A stretch of DNA of 64,000 bases, taken from the NCBI GenBank assembly GCA_041752695.1, contig JBGSVZ010000031.1, positions 32,001-96,000 of the forward strand, given 5' to 3'. Each line of letters begins with the position of its first letter. Position 1 is the first letter of the stretch. The DNA is from Terrimicrobiaceae bacterium (GTDB lineage: Bacteria > Verrucomicrobiota > Verrucomicrobiia > Chthoniobacterales > Terrimicrobiaceae). Made by a program: the position numbers and the translations under genes. Of this stretch, positions 49,314 through 58,454 are shown one piece after another. Under the pieces are notes generated by a model that was given only the letters and a program-made list of their open reading frames with translations, was not told where the DNA came from and ran no database searches.

Positions 49314-50528
49314 ATGGAAAAGAAGCTTCGGGTCTGCTGGTGGGACGGTTCGACCGTGGGACACCTCGTCCACCGCGGGACGATCTATTTTGTGTATGGT
49401 CCGGAGTGGCTGCGCCGGGGCCTCGATCTTTCCCCGATCAGTCTTCCCTTCACTGATGTGGCGTTCAACGGAGCCAAGGGGATCAGCGGCTTGCCGGGGT
49501 TGATTGCCGACTGCCTGCCGGACGCCTGGGGTCAGAAGGTGGCGCGAACCGTTTTTGCGAAAAACAAATGGGGGGAACCCAGCACCATGACCTTGTTGGC
49601 CTGGCGTGGAGTCCGGGGATTGGGCGCCCTCAACTTTCAACCCGTCCTTGAAACCGGGGAAACGAAGCTGGAGGTCATCAGCGCGGCGGCTCTGGCGCGT
49701 GGAGCCGCCGAAATCGCACGTGGCGAACCATCTGAGGTTCTTCCCCAACTGGCTCGTGGCGGCACGGCCGGTGGCGTCTGCCCCAAGGCCCTCGTTCTGG
49801 CCTATGACGACGGCACGTTAAGGGTGGGGGAACCGGACGGTGTCGGGCAACCTTGCCTGCTTAAATTTGACCCCTCGGAAACCGGCGAGAATGCCCGCAG
49901 CGAACACGCCTATGCGCAGATGGCTCGCGCTGCAGGGATTCGCATGACGGAAAGCCGTCTCATCGCAGAATCACCGGATTCGACCCGGCGTCATTTGCTC
50001 CTAGCCCGATTCGATGTTCCGTCAACGGTCCAGCCCGGCAAGCGAATCCATTTTCACTCCGCCAGCGGCCTGCTGCACAAAGAGCCCGATGCGTTGGATT
50101 ATCGGGACCTGTTCCGAACGGCCATTCGCCTGCACGTTCCGCGGGAGGAGCTTTGCGAACTGGCCAGACGCATGGTCTTCAATGTCCTGACCTCCAATCA
50201 CGACGATCACGGAAAAAATCATGCATTTCTCCTCAATGAAGAGAGCGGCCAATGGACTTTGACCCCGGCCTATGATCTCACTTACAGCAGCGGGCTCATT
50301 CAGAGGGGAACGCAGGTTGCAGGCGAAGTCTGGCCGAAATTGGCCACCATGGAACTGCTTTGCCGTGATGCCAGTGTCAGTAAGGACGAGTTTGCTTCGG
50401 TCATCGAAAATGTGCAGTCATCGGTGAGTCGATGGCGGTTTTGGGCCGATGAAAGCGGGTTGCCTGCGGCCAAAACCGAGGAGATTCAGGGCCGACTCGA
50501 CCGGATTCGAGGAGAGGTCTTAGGCTGA
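49314..50528 (+). CDS. hipA: HipA-family kinase toxin
   Basis: LSPISLP, DCLPDAWG, AGGVCPK, LARFD, NHDDHGKNHAF, LTPAYD. Confidence 0.92.
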   Translation: MEKKLRVCWWDGSTVGHLVHRGTIYFVYGPEWLRRGLDLSPISLPFTDVAFNGAKGISGLPGLIADCLPDAWGQKVARTVFAKNKWGEPSTMTLLAWRGVRGLGALNFQPVLETGETKLEVISAAALARGAAEIARGEPSEVLPQLARGGTAGGVCPKALVLAYDDGTLRVGEPDGVGQPCLLKFDPSETGENARSEHAYAQMARAAGIRMTESRLIAESPDSTRRHLLLARFDVPSTVQPGKRIHFHSASGLLHKEPDALDYRDLFRTAIRLHVPREELCELARRMVFNVLTSNHDDHGKNHAFLLNEESGQWTLTPAYDLTYSSGLIQRGTQVAGEVWPKLATMELLCRDASVSKDEFASVIENVQSSVSRWRFWADESGLPAAKTEEIQGRLDRIRGEVLG

Positions 50529-50557
50529 GAAAAGTCGGTCGATAATCGTGACGGACC

Positions 50558-50776
50558 TCACCTCAGAATTTCGTCGAGGGTGGCTTTGGTGGACTGGCGG
50601 AGGGCCTCGAGGAGTTCGTGTTTCCGGAAGAGACGGTGGCGGCCGAGTTTATACGAAGGCAGCAGTCCTCGGGAGACGTACTGACGCAGAGAGGAAAACG
50701 GCACCCCCAGCCATTCTGCGGCTTCCCGAATGGCGATGAATTCGGCGTTTTCTGGATTCTTCGGTTTTGGTGGCAT
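50558..50776 (-). CDS. Excisionase-like HTH_17 protein
   Basis: IREAAEWLGVPFSSLRQYVSRGLLPSYKLGRHRLF. Confidence 0.85.
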   Translation of the reverse strand: MPPKPKNPENAEFIAIREAAEWLGVPFSSLRQYVSRGLLPSYKLGRHRLFRKHELLEALRQSTKATLDEILR

Positions 50777-50859
50777 GCTTTGAAAGACATTGGGAAGTTT
50801 GGGGATCCGGCAGAGAAGGCCCGTGCGCTGGGGATTTCCCCAGCACACGGACCAAGGTT

Positions 50860-51219
50860 TCAGCCGAGTTTGATGCCGCTGTTGCGGATGTGGTTCTTGG
50901 CTCCGATGACGAGGGCGGATTCCTGCCGCTCGGGGCTCATGTTCGGGCTGATGGTGCTCTTGATGCTCTGCACCAGGTCTTCTTGTTCCGGCTTGGCCAG
51001 CCAGGCTTTCACCTTGGCGGTGTAGCCTTCCTTCTGGTCTTGGTCCTTCATCTTGCGCAGGAGGAACTTGCGCTCCAACTGCTCACGGGGCAGGTCCTTG
51101 ACGTATTGCACCAAGTCGGGTTCGGCCTTCATGAAGGTCTCCAGCTTGGCGTTGACTTCGGGGTTGATTTTGAACTGGCTGGTCTGTTCGGATTTTTTCT
51201 TAGGTGATGCGATTGCCAT
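50860..51219 (-). CDS. ICE hypothetical protein
   Basis: Coding-like composition within the minus-strand ICE operon. Confidence 0.7.
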   Translation of the reverse strand: MAIASPKKKSEQTSQFKINPEVNAKLETFMKAEPDLVQYVKDLPREQLERKFLLRKMKDQDQKEGYTAKVKAWLAKPEQEDLVQSIKSTISPNMSPERQESALVIGAKNHIRNSGIKLG

Positions 51220-51303
51220 GGGTTATTGCGGTTTTGGCGCACGGCGTTTCGGTCCCTGTGGACCCCGTAGCCGGGCTGGTTGACGGGTTCGTGTGGAAGG
51301 GCG

Positions 51304-51585
51304 TCAGGCCTTGGCGGTTTTAACTTCGGGAAGTTTTTCGTCGTCCTCGTCGTCCAGGGCGCTGCCTCGCAGGCCGCCGATTTGTTCCGTCAGGGATTTG
51401 AGGAAACGCTGGGCGATTTTGCGCGAGCTCAGGCGCTGGCTTTCGGCGTTGAGCATGGTTTGAACGAGCTGGCTGGTCGGAACGCGGATGCCGGCCCGCT
51501 CGACGATGTCGGACGCCTCCTTGTAGATCGCGAAGGTATCTTCATCGAGGGTCACGTTGACGGTGGCGGATTTGGGTGTGGTCAT
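51304..51585 (-). CDS. Small hypothetical protein (possible ribbon-helix-helix)
   Basis: TVNVTLDEDTFAIYKEA beta-then-helix pattern; coupled to the upstream gene. Confidence 0.6.
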   Translation of the reverse strand: MTTPKSATVNVTLDEDTFAIYKEASDIVERAGIRVPTSQLVQTMLNAESQRLSSRKIAQRFLKSLTEQIGGLRGSALDDEDDEKLPEVKTAKA

Positions 51586-52343
51586 GGTGTTTTTGGGTTG
51601 AGAAAGGCGAGTTCCCGGCGGCGCAGGACCGGGGCGGTGACACGAGAGGCGCGCTGGCGCTGTTCGGCTTTTTCCAATTCCGCCGTGAATTGGTCGTTGA
51701 GCCGCATCTGGGACAGAAGGAAGTCCTGATTTTGCGCGTCCGACTCGGGGAAGAGCGTGATCGCGCCCGGATCGGTGAATTCATCAGCCACGGGCAAATC
51801 TGGATTCACCGCTGAGAAGACGTCTTTTTCCTCCCCGCTTTCCGATGTGGGCGGGTTAGCCGGTTCCGAGGGAGGCGGGGTTTGACGGATTTGCTTTTTG
51901 AGCTGGTCGATTTCCTGTTCCGGAACGGGAACCCGGCTGGCGTCCTGCTGGAGGGAGTCGAGACGCTGTTTCATCGCCCGGTTCTGTTCCTGCAACGCCT
52001 CGGCATAAATCCGCTGCCGGGGATCTCCGCCGTGGTAGGACGGCGACGGATTGGAACTCGCAGAAGACGGCAGGGAAACGGGCGGGTCGGGCAGGAAGTT
52101 CCAGTCCGGGCCTTGTTCCCGGCGATAAACGGTGTGCCGTTCGTGCATCGTATCCGGGTTGTCCGGGTCCGCGTAACGCCCGACGGAGTAGGATTTGACG
52201 ACTTCGGGAGTTCGCACCGTGGCCATGCGTTTTTGGGGAACGGTGGTGCCGGATACGGTGGGAGTGCGGTTGAGGTCCGCCTGTTTTCGTGTGGCGCAGG
52301 CTGAGCAAAGAGACACGAGGAGGATGGAGATGAGGTATTTCAT
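51582..52343 (-). CDS. ICE lipoprotein (conjugation-associated)
   Basis: LCSA|C lipobox; VRTPEVVKSYSVGRYADP...MHERHTVYR; follows the VirB10-like gene. Confidence 0.65.
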   Translation of the reverse strand: MKYLISILLVSLCSACATRKQADLNRTPTVSGTTVPQKRMATVRTPEVVKSYSVGRYADPDNPDTMHERHTVYRREQGPDWNFLPDPPVSLPSSASSNPSPSYHGGDPRQRIYAEALQEQNRAMKQRLDSLQQDASRVPVPEQEIDQLKKQIRQTPPPSEPANPPTSESGEEKDVFSAVNPDLPVADEFTDPGAITLFPESDAQNQDFLLSQMRLNDQFTAELEKAEQRQRASRVTAPVLRRRELAFLNPKTP

Positions 52344-52970
52344 GGGTTGGATTGTTGGGTGGAGGAAACCCCAGCGTTGGCTTGGGCCATGTCCACGGTT
52401 TGGGTGACGTAGAGGTAGAAGAGCGTCCCGGCGGGAACACGGACGTAGGTGGGATCCTTTTCGAGGCCCTCCAGGAGGCGCTGGGAGTAAATCTGCCCAC
52501 CCGCCTGGATGCCGGCCGCGATGGCGTCCTGATACCCTCCGCCCTGCACCTGGGTAACGCCGCCGGTCAATGGCGAGATGATGTTGGTCATTTGCGGAAA
52601 CGCCCCGGCGCCCGCCGAAATCATGGCGGCGAGAATCGCCTTGGCCTCAGCGTATCTGTCGGTGGCGATCAGGTAACCGCGCAGGCCCGCCGATCCGTCC
52701 GTTTCGTCCCAGGCGTCGGGTTTCGCTCCGTCCGGTGCGTAGTCGAGAACCGTGCCGGAGAGCGGGAGTTCTCGCCCGTCCTGAAAAACGAGCATCCATT
52801 TCCGTTCGGAACCGATTCGTTCCCGCGCGGCGGTCTTTTGGGCGATGCCGTGAACTTCCGTTCCGGCGGGAAGCACCAGCCGTCCGCCGTGCCACACATC
52901 CTCGGTGATTAGGCCAATGATGGGCGTCTCGATGTTGGTGGAATCCACCGTATTGACCAACTCGCAACGA
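52340..52970 (-). pseudogene. TrbI/VirB10 C-terminal fragment (5' lost)
   Basis: CELVNTVDS..TPIIGLITEDVWHGGRLVLPAGTEVHG, GSAGLRG, YVRVPAGTLFYLYV; the ORF's N-terminal extension is antisense mrr. Confidence 0.78.
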
Positions 52971-53116
52971 AGTACGCGCGAAGCGTTTCGCAGAAGGTGA
53001 TTCTCATAGACGGTGACCGGTTGGCCGAACTGATGATCGAGCACAACATCGGTGTCACCACGACCCGCACGATCTCCCTCAAACGCATCGATTCGGATTA
53101 CTTTGAAGAAAATTGA
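52964..53116 (+). pseudogene. mrr: Mrr restriction endonuclease 3' fragment
   Basis: Manual translation ATKYARSVSQKVILIDGDRLAELMIEHNIGVTTTRTISLKRIDSDYFEEN*, a typical Mrr C-terminus, with no start. Confidence 0.8.
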
Positions 53117-53288
53117 AACCGTCTGGTTCAATTTCTGAGGAGACCCCTACCATCTTGAATCTGATGGTTGTTCTTTTCGCGACGCAATCAAACCGTCGGC
53201 ACCTAATCTCGTCAGTCATTAAAAGCTAATTGCTCTCATGTCGTTCCACGCTCGCTCCCGCTCAATACGGGGTGTTCAGTGAATGGCA

Positions 53289-53570
53289 TTACTTTGAAAA
53301 TCGTTCGGCAACCTGTTCGGTAAGGTCATTTCTCAAAGCTGAAAAGTTTGGCGTATTGTGATTTCTCTTCGCCTCCCGAAATTGAACGGCCTGAGGCGAG
53401 AATATCGCGTCCATTGCCAACTCTTCCCCGCAGGCGTTCAGAAAAAAAGCCTGCAAATCGAAACAGTGAATGGGCATCGGATGCCCTGTTCCTATAACTA
53501 GTGTGGCTCGCCACTGGAGGCCGGAAAGCAGCTCTCCAAGGCCCTGGTCAAAGGTTAGAAGATGGGGCAA
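53289..53570 (-). pseudogene. 3' fragment of an unidentified gene
   Basis: About 94 open codons of lower-GC DNA ending at 53289, abutting the VirB4 breakpoint. Confidence 0.35.
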
Positions 53571-53785
53571 TCGGAATCCACCGACCAGCGAATTTGCGCC
53601 CGCGTCGATTCGTCGAGGGTGTGCAGGAATTGCCGGACGGCAGCATAAAATCCATCGAGCGCCTGATCGCTGGCATGGCGCAGGTCGGGAACGTCCAGCG
53701 TGAATGCCTTGGTGAGGCAACCGCGGGAGTCGAGATCGTTCCAGACGATCATGTCGTGAGAAAACCAACCGTTAGGCGCTTGCAT
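53555..53785 (-). pseudogene. VirB4/TraC-like N-terminal fragment
   Basis: MQAPNGWFSHDMIVWNDL...PDLRHAS...WSVDSD then premature stop; follows VirB2/VirB3-like genes. Confidence 0.6.
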
Positions 53786-54101
53786 GGGATCGGAGAGGGT
53801 TGCTGCGATTGTGATGGGACGGCGTCCAGGCGGATCCGGCTGCGAGGGTTTCCAGAAGGTCGCTGTCGAAGGATTTGGGTCGGCCCTGACGGAGGCCGAA
53901 CACGTAGAGGGTGATGAGGGCGAGGGGAGTCAGGCCGATAATCAGGCTTGGTCCCAGAGCGTGGAGGCGGGAAACCGCCAGGGTGAGCCCGACGCTGACA
54001 AGAAGCCCGGCGAGGAGGAACAGAATGTTTGTTCCCTCGATGCCCCAGATTTTCCCGTCGCTGTCGTCGCCCGCGTGGGTGTGAACGATGCCCTTGCTCA
54101 T
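53772..54101 (-). CDS. VirB3-like membrane protein
   Basis: Two TMs, HAGDDSDGKIWG...LRQGRPKSFD; position. Confidence 0.55.
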   Translation of the reverse strand: MSKGIVHTHAGDDSDGKIWGIEGTNILFLLAGLLVSVGLTLAVSRLHALGPSLIIGLTPLALITLYVFGLRQGRPKSFDSDLLETLAAGSAWTPSHHNRSNPLRSHASA

Positions 54102-54349
54102 TATTGCGAGATGCTGATGGTGGGCATGCCGCCTGCGTTGAAGAGGGCCTCGGCGATGACGACGGCCAGACCGAGCATGAGTCCGCCGACAATCGACATC
54201 TTGCCCTGGTCGGCGTTGCCGGAGCGAACCTGCCAGCCGCCATGGGCGATGACGATGACCGCGATGATGAAGAGGAACTTGGCGATGATTCCGAGACCTT
54301 CGGAAAGAGCCCCGTCGAGTGATGCTTGAGCGAGAAGTAGGGTGTTCAT
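54101..54349 (-). CDS. VirB2/TrbC-like conjugative pilin
   Basis: 82 aa, two hydrophobic helices with a short loop; first structural gene of the operon. Confidence 0.55.
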   Translation of the reverse strand: MNTLLLAQASLDGALSEGLGIIAKFLFIIAVIVIAHGGWQVRSGNADQGKMSIVGGLMLGLAVVIAEALFNAGGMPTISISQ

Positions 54350-54711
54350 ACGGTCGCCAGGATTGCGGAAATTTTGGAGGCAGCTGTTCCCGCGCCGGAA
54401 CAACATAAAAAGCCGATAACGAACGAGCCGAAGCGGGAGGCTTTGGACTGGCAGATCGCCTGATAAAGCTGCTTTGCCGAGAGGATGAAGTCCGGGTAAA
54501 GGTCGGCGGGCGAAACGGCCAAAGCCCGGGCGAGGAAGATCAGGTCTTCGTCGGCGACGAAGACGAGACGGGATTCAATCTTGGCGACCTTGACGCGGGT
54601 CGCGTTTTCCATGCCGAGAAGTTGAAGTTTGATCGCGAGCTGATTTTGCGACCATTCCCGGCGGCTGCGAAGGCGGCGGACCTGTGGTCCAACAACATTT
54701 AGGTTTCTCAT
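54346..54711 (-). CDS. XRE-family regulator
   Basis: NVVGPQVRRLR...WSQNQLAIKLQLLG...VAKIESRL. Confidence 0.85.
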   Translation of the reverse strand: MRNLNVVGPQVRRLRSRREWSQNQLAIKLQLLGMENATRVKVAKIESRLVFVADEDLIFLARALAVSPADLYPDFILSAKQLYQAICQSKASRFGSFVIGFLCCSGAGTAASKISAILATV

Positions 54712-54757
54712 GGTGGAGAAACCCGTTCACCTGAACCCTGGCTATTTCAGAGGGTCT

Positions 54758-54811
54758 GTGACGAACGTGCCGGAAAAAGTGACGAAGTTGCCATTAGGCA
54801 CCCTTCGTCAC
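54758..54811 (-). promoter_or_regulatory. Candidate LytTR binding repeats
   Basis: GTGACGAA at 54758 and 54779 (21-bp period) plus an inverted copy at 54804. Confidence 0.5.
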
Positions 54812-55545
54812 AGCAAGTTTGGTTGTCCGAATTCCTTGCGGATCAAAAATGCAGCCCTGCGGCCGAGGTGAACAGTGGTCGGAAATCCCACGATTTTGAT
54901 ATCCATTTCGTCCCTGCCAGCAAAAGAAACCCGTTCGATTTTTTCCAAATTGACGATGAGGGATCGGTTCAGCTTGATGAACAACTGTCTCGGGAGATTC
55001 TTCTCCCAGTCCGTCAAGCTTCCACGGACCATTTTGGCCTCCCCGCTGGCGAGGTGAACAATCGAGTAATTTTGCTCAGCAACGATGCCGGAAATTTGTG
55101 AGACAAACGCGAGGGTAATCCCGTCGCTCGTACGCAGATAAATCCTGTCGTCCCTCTTGTACGGACCCGTGCCGGTATCCGGCGGTTGGTGAAGGATACG
55201 TTCGAGCGCGTTGGCGAGTCTCGTGGGGTGGGGTGGCTTGAGCAGGTAATCCAGGGCATTGGCCTCGAAGGCCCGGAAAGCAAAATGGTCGTAGGCCGTG
55301 ACGAAGATGATCGCTGGAACTGGCGCGAGCTTGGGCAGGACGTCAAATCCTTCGCCGTCACCGAGTTGAACATCCAGAAATACCAAGTTGGGCCGTAATT
55401 CCTGACAGATTGCGATCGCGTTTGCGACGGAATCGGCTTCGCCAATGACCTTCACATTCGAGTGGGCTGAGAGGAGGTCACAGAGAACCTCCCGAGCGGG
55501 AGCTTCATCGTCCACAATCACAGCGCGTAATTCAGGTGGTTTCAT
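54808..55545 (-). CDS. LytTR-family response regulator
   Basis: IVDDEAPAR, FLDVQL, FVTAYD, ALDYLLKP, FIKLNRSLIVN. Confidence 0.93.
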   Translation of the reverse strand: MKPPELRAVIVDDEAPAREVLCDLLSAHSNVKVIGEADSVANAIAICQELRPNLVFLDVQLGDGEGFDVLPKLAPVPAIIFVTAYDHFAFRAFEANALDYLLKPPHPTRLANALERILHQPPDTGTGPYKRDDRIYLRTSDGITLAFVSQISGIVAEQNYSIVHLASGEAKMVRGSLTDWEKNLPRQLFIKLNRSLIVNLEKIERVSFAGRDEMDIKIVGFPTTVHLGRRAAFLIRKEFGQPNLL

Positions 55546-56651
55546 GGGTTCAAAGGAATTTCCACCCGCACGCGAACCCAGCCGCTCTCCTCGGAGGCTT
55601 TGATGGTGTGTTTTTCTCCATAGATTGCGCTGAGCCGCTGGCGGAGATTGGCCATGCCGATTCCCCCGGCTTCGTCGGGAATGGTTTCTGTCACCCATCG
55701 CCCCGTGTTTGAAACATCGAGTCGAAGACTTCCGGCACTCGCGCGGGTAACGGCCAGGCAGATTCTGAGGGGGCGGGGCGAGGTTTTTTTCCCGTACTTG
55801 ATGGCATTTTCGATCAGAGGCTGGATCAATACCCCCGGGACGAGAAGTTCGTGTGCCAAGGGATCTACAGAGCTTTCGATTTCGAGATCATCCCGGTGCC
55901 GAGCCTTCTCCACGGTTAGGTAACCCTCGATGGCTTCCAATTCTTCCCGCAGGGGAACGAGTGTGCTGTCCCGGTTTTTGAGGGAATAGCGCAAATACTC
56001 AGCGAATGCCTGGACGAGTTCTTTGGCGTGTTGGCCGGGCTTTCCGATGGCGGCGATGATCGTGTTTAGCGCGTTGAACAGAAAGTGAGGATTGATTTGC
56101 GCCCGGAGCATCTGGATTTCCAATCGCTGCCGTTCGGTTTCCTTTCGCGCGAGCTCCACATCTCGGGTCATGCTGTCGCGCATGAATTTGAGCCCGAAAT
56201 AGAGGAGACTCCAGGCGGCGCACAGTCCCGTGCGAAAATAGAAAATCGCGAAGATCATGTCCGGCGAGAGGATCTTCTTTTCCTCCAAGTCCAGCATGTC
56301 GTGGAAACCCACGTAGAGCAGAGTCAAGATGGCTCCGCCAATCATGGACACACTGGCGAGGACAACGGCCATGAGCATCGGACTGGGCTGGGTTTCATAA
56401 ACCCTCCGATAGATCTCCCTCATTCCGAGAGTGATGAAAAATCCCAAACCGTCTCGGTAGGCGGAAACGAACAGTGAACCAGGGACATCCTCAAGCACGA
56501 CCCACTTGAGGGGGAAGGAAAAGACGATAAACGCCAGCCACCCGGTGATCTGGAATCGCCAAAAAAGCGGCAGTTGCTGGAAGAATCGAAAGAGAACTGG
56601 TGCGCCCAAATTAGCGTTTTTCCAAACCGCCTTGTTCCCTTCGCAGCCCAT
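55542..56651 (-). CDS. LytS/YehU-type sensor histidine kinase
   Basis: About 4 TMs, LRAQINPHFLFNALN, QPLIENAIKYG, GIGMANLRQRL. Confidence 0.93.
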   Translation of the reverse strand: MGCEGNKAVWKNANLGAPVLFRFFQQLPLFWRFQITGWLAFIVFSFPLKWVVLEDVPGSLFVSAYRDGLGFFITLGMREIYRRVYETQPSPMLMAVVLASVSMIGGAILTLLYVGFHDMLDLEEKKILSPDMIFAIFYFRTGLCAAWSLLYFGLKFMRDSMTRDVELARKETERQRLEIQMLRAQINPHFLFNALNTIIAAIGKPGQHAKELVQAFAEYLRYSLKNRDSTLVPLREELEAIEGYLTVEKARHRDDLEIESSVDPLAHELLVPGVLIQPLIENAIKYGKKTSPRPLRICLAVTRASAGSLRLDVSNTGRWVTETIPDEAGGIGMANLRQRLSAIYGEKHTIKASEESGWVRVRVEIPLNP

Positions 56652-56809
56652 GAAAATTTACTCGCTTACCGTTTTCTCACTGTAATCCTCACGATTAAAA
56701 GTGTCTTAAAATCAGCGGCAAGCCCAGTACTTTCAAAATACTACCGAAGGCCTGAGTAGTAACCTGCGGTCGACCATCAGATCCGGGTGCGACTTGGAGG
56801 CGCACGCAT

Positions 56810-57478
56810 TTAGCGCTGCGCGAACCGGACCCGTCCGGTCAGTCCGTCGGTAAAAACATCAATCCAATTTTCCTTAGCGGTGGATTGAACGGTTCCTCCA
56901 CTGGCCACACCGGGAATGAGTCGCATCTGGAGTTGCTTGAGCGGTGTGGCTGCCGCCGGGGCGGTTGAGTCCACGATGGCTGCTCCGAGCGAATTAAACC
57001 GGATCTCGAGGACCTGGGCGGTGCCTCCGCTGACGGCCACTCCCTTGGAGTTGGCAAGGTTGGCAGAGTCCACCACGAAATATTCTCCCCCCCCGGAGGT
57101 GCTGCCTGAGGGGACTACATCCTGCACAATGATTCCGGTGGGAAGACGCTCCCATTTTGTCAGGGCTTTCCAAGCTGCGCTGTTGGCGTCCCAGTACCAC
57201 ACGGCTGCCACCCGGCTGGCATCATCGGGACGCCCGGGCCAGTCGGTGCAAAGATAAACCGCCGTCTGGGTGTTGTTGGCGATGGCGTAAACCCGCGCCT
57301 GATTCATCAGCCCGCTCAGGATGTTTGCGCCATTGACCAGGCTGTTGGACGAACTGATGTTGCGGAACGCGGGAGCCACGGCCGTCATCAGAAGCCCCAT
57401 GATGGCCACTACGGTCAGGAGTTCCACGAGGGAGAAGGCTTTGGTGTTCGATGTGCTGGGGCTACTCATTGAAGGCAT
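56810..57478 (-). CDS. Verru_Chthon cassette protein D-like (FimT/FimU-like pilin)
   Basis: TKA|FSLVELLTVVAIM; NQARVYAIANN; C-terminal DGLTGR. Confidence 0.75.
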   Translation of the reverse strand: MPSMSSPSTSNTKAFSLVELLTVVAIMGLLMTAVAPAFRNISSSNSLVNGANILSGLMNQARVYAIANNTQTAVYLCTDWPGRPDDASRVAAVWYWDANSAAWKALTKWERLPTGIIVQDVVPSGSTSGGGEYFVVDSANLANSKGVAVSGGTAQVLEIRFNSLGAAIVDSTAPAAATPLKQLQMRLIPGVASGGTVQSTAKENWIDVFTDGLTGRVRFAQR

Positions 57479-57663
57479 TCTATTCCAGGATGGGAAGATC
57501 GCCAAGGGAGGGATTGCTTTAAATATTAAGCAAGATCGCCGGGAAGAGTTCCAAATCCCTCGCAAAGCTGCTTAATAGTTTCAGTCAACTCGATTTTTTT
57601 CAAGGTGAATTTTGGCACTGGCTGGGAGAGGGTGTTGGGGTTCGCTTTACTGAAAGTTCTCCC

Positions 57664-58263
57664 ATGAAAATACCACAGATCTCCCTTCTTGCCGTCATTC
57701 TTTTTGGTTCCCTCCCGCTTCGGGCGGCCGGACCTGCCCCGGAGTCCGAGGTTAAGATTCTCAAAGCCGCGACGGACTTCGGTCTTTCCTCCACCGGGGT
57801 GGTCTGGATGGCGGATCCCGCGGATGAGGTTTTATGGAAATTCCCGGGTTTCGACTATGATGGAAAATCCGAGTTGCTCCCGGCCGCCGGTTCCGAGCCG
57901 TTTGCGAAATTCCGCCGGGTTACTTTGCCCAAGGAGACGGACGTCTCATGGTCGCACAAGATTCTCTTTAAGGTGCCGAAAGCGTTTCAATCAGGGGACT
58001 TGCTGCATCTGGTGTATTGGGTTCGGGCGGGAAAAAGCGAAACTGCTGGACGCACATTCCCGGTGGATATCTCCAGCCGGCCGGTTCAAGATAAAGTCCG
58101 AAGTGAAATCATCAAGACGGAGCTGGTCGAGGACTGGCAGATTGTGCATATCGAAATACCCGTCCTGGACGAACTCACCGAGGGCGAATTGAATATCTCG
58201 TTTCAGGTGGGTGGTTCCTCCCATGTCACCGATATTGGCGGCGTGGCGCTGCTCAAGGAGTAG
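57664..58263 (+). CDS. Secreted stand-alone carbohydrate-binding-module-like protein
   Basis: Signal peptide; SW...GDLLHLVYWVRA...DWQ...ISFQVGG...DIGGVALL resembles CBM4/9-type jelly-roll domains. Confidence 0.55.
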   Translation: MKIPQISLLAVILFGSLPLRAAGPAPESEVKILKAATDFGLSSTGVVWMADPADEVLWKFPGFDYDGKSELLPAAGSEPFAKFRRVTLPKETDVSWSHKILFKVPKAFQSGDLLHLVYWVRAGKSETAGRTFPVDISSRPVQDKVRSEIIKTELVEDWQIVHIEIPVLDELTEGELNISFQVGGSSHVTDIGGVALLKE

Positions 58264-58283
58264 GCTAAATGCGGCGGGAACCG

Positions 58284-58441
58284 GCCACGGATTCCACGGA
58301 TGGGCAAGGATGAGAGTTTTCAACCTAAGACCGGGAAGGGAGCCACAGAGATCACAGGGAGCACGGAGCGGAAAGGGATGGGGTAGAGTCGCTCAGTTTT
58401 TTGCAAGCCTTCTCCTCCGTTTTCTCCGTTCCCTCCTGTAA
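58284..58441. repeat. Nonamer-period palindromic intergenic repeats
   Basis: ccacggatt ccacggatg ggcaaggat; cacagagat cacagggag cacggag ... ctccgtttt ctccgttcc ctcctgt. Confidence 0.6.
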
Positions 58442-58454
58442 AACCGAGGTCGAC

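Larger units (their letters stand above)
47540..56700. mobile_element. Degenerate integrative conjugative element (boundaries approximate)
   Basis: Integrase, excisionase-like HTH, HipBA, VirB2/3/4/10-like genes, truncations; no att direct repeat found by eye. Confidence 0.75.

Noticed and set aside
52971..53131. N-terminus of the 263-aa VirB10 ORF
   Set aside because: It is the antisense of the mrr fragment, not native VirB10.
47499..56810. att direct repeats or a tRNA target for the ICE
   Set aside because: Only a 7-bp CGGGTGC match was seen at both ends, which is not significant; no tRNA cloverleaf found.
44126..58441. Short periodic repeats as a CRISPR array
   Set aside because: 7-9 bp degenerate units, no repeat-spacer structure, no cas genes.
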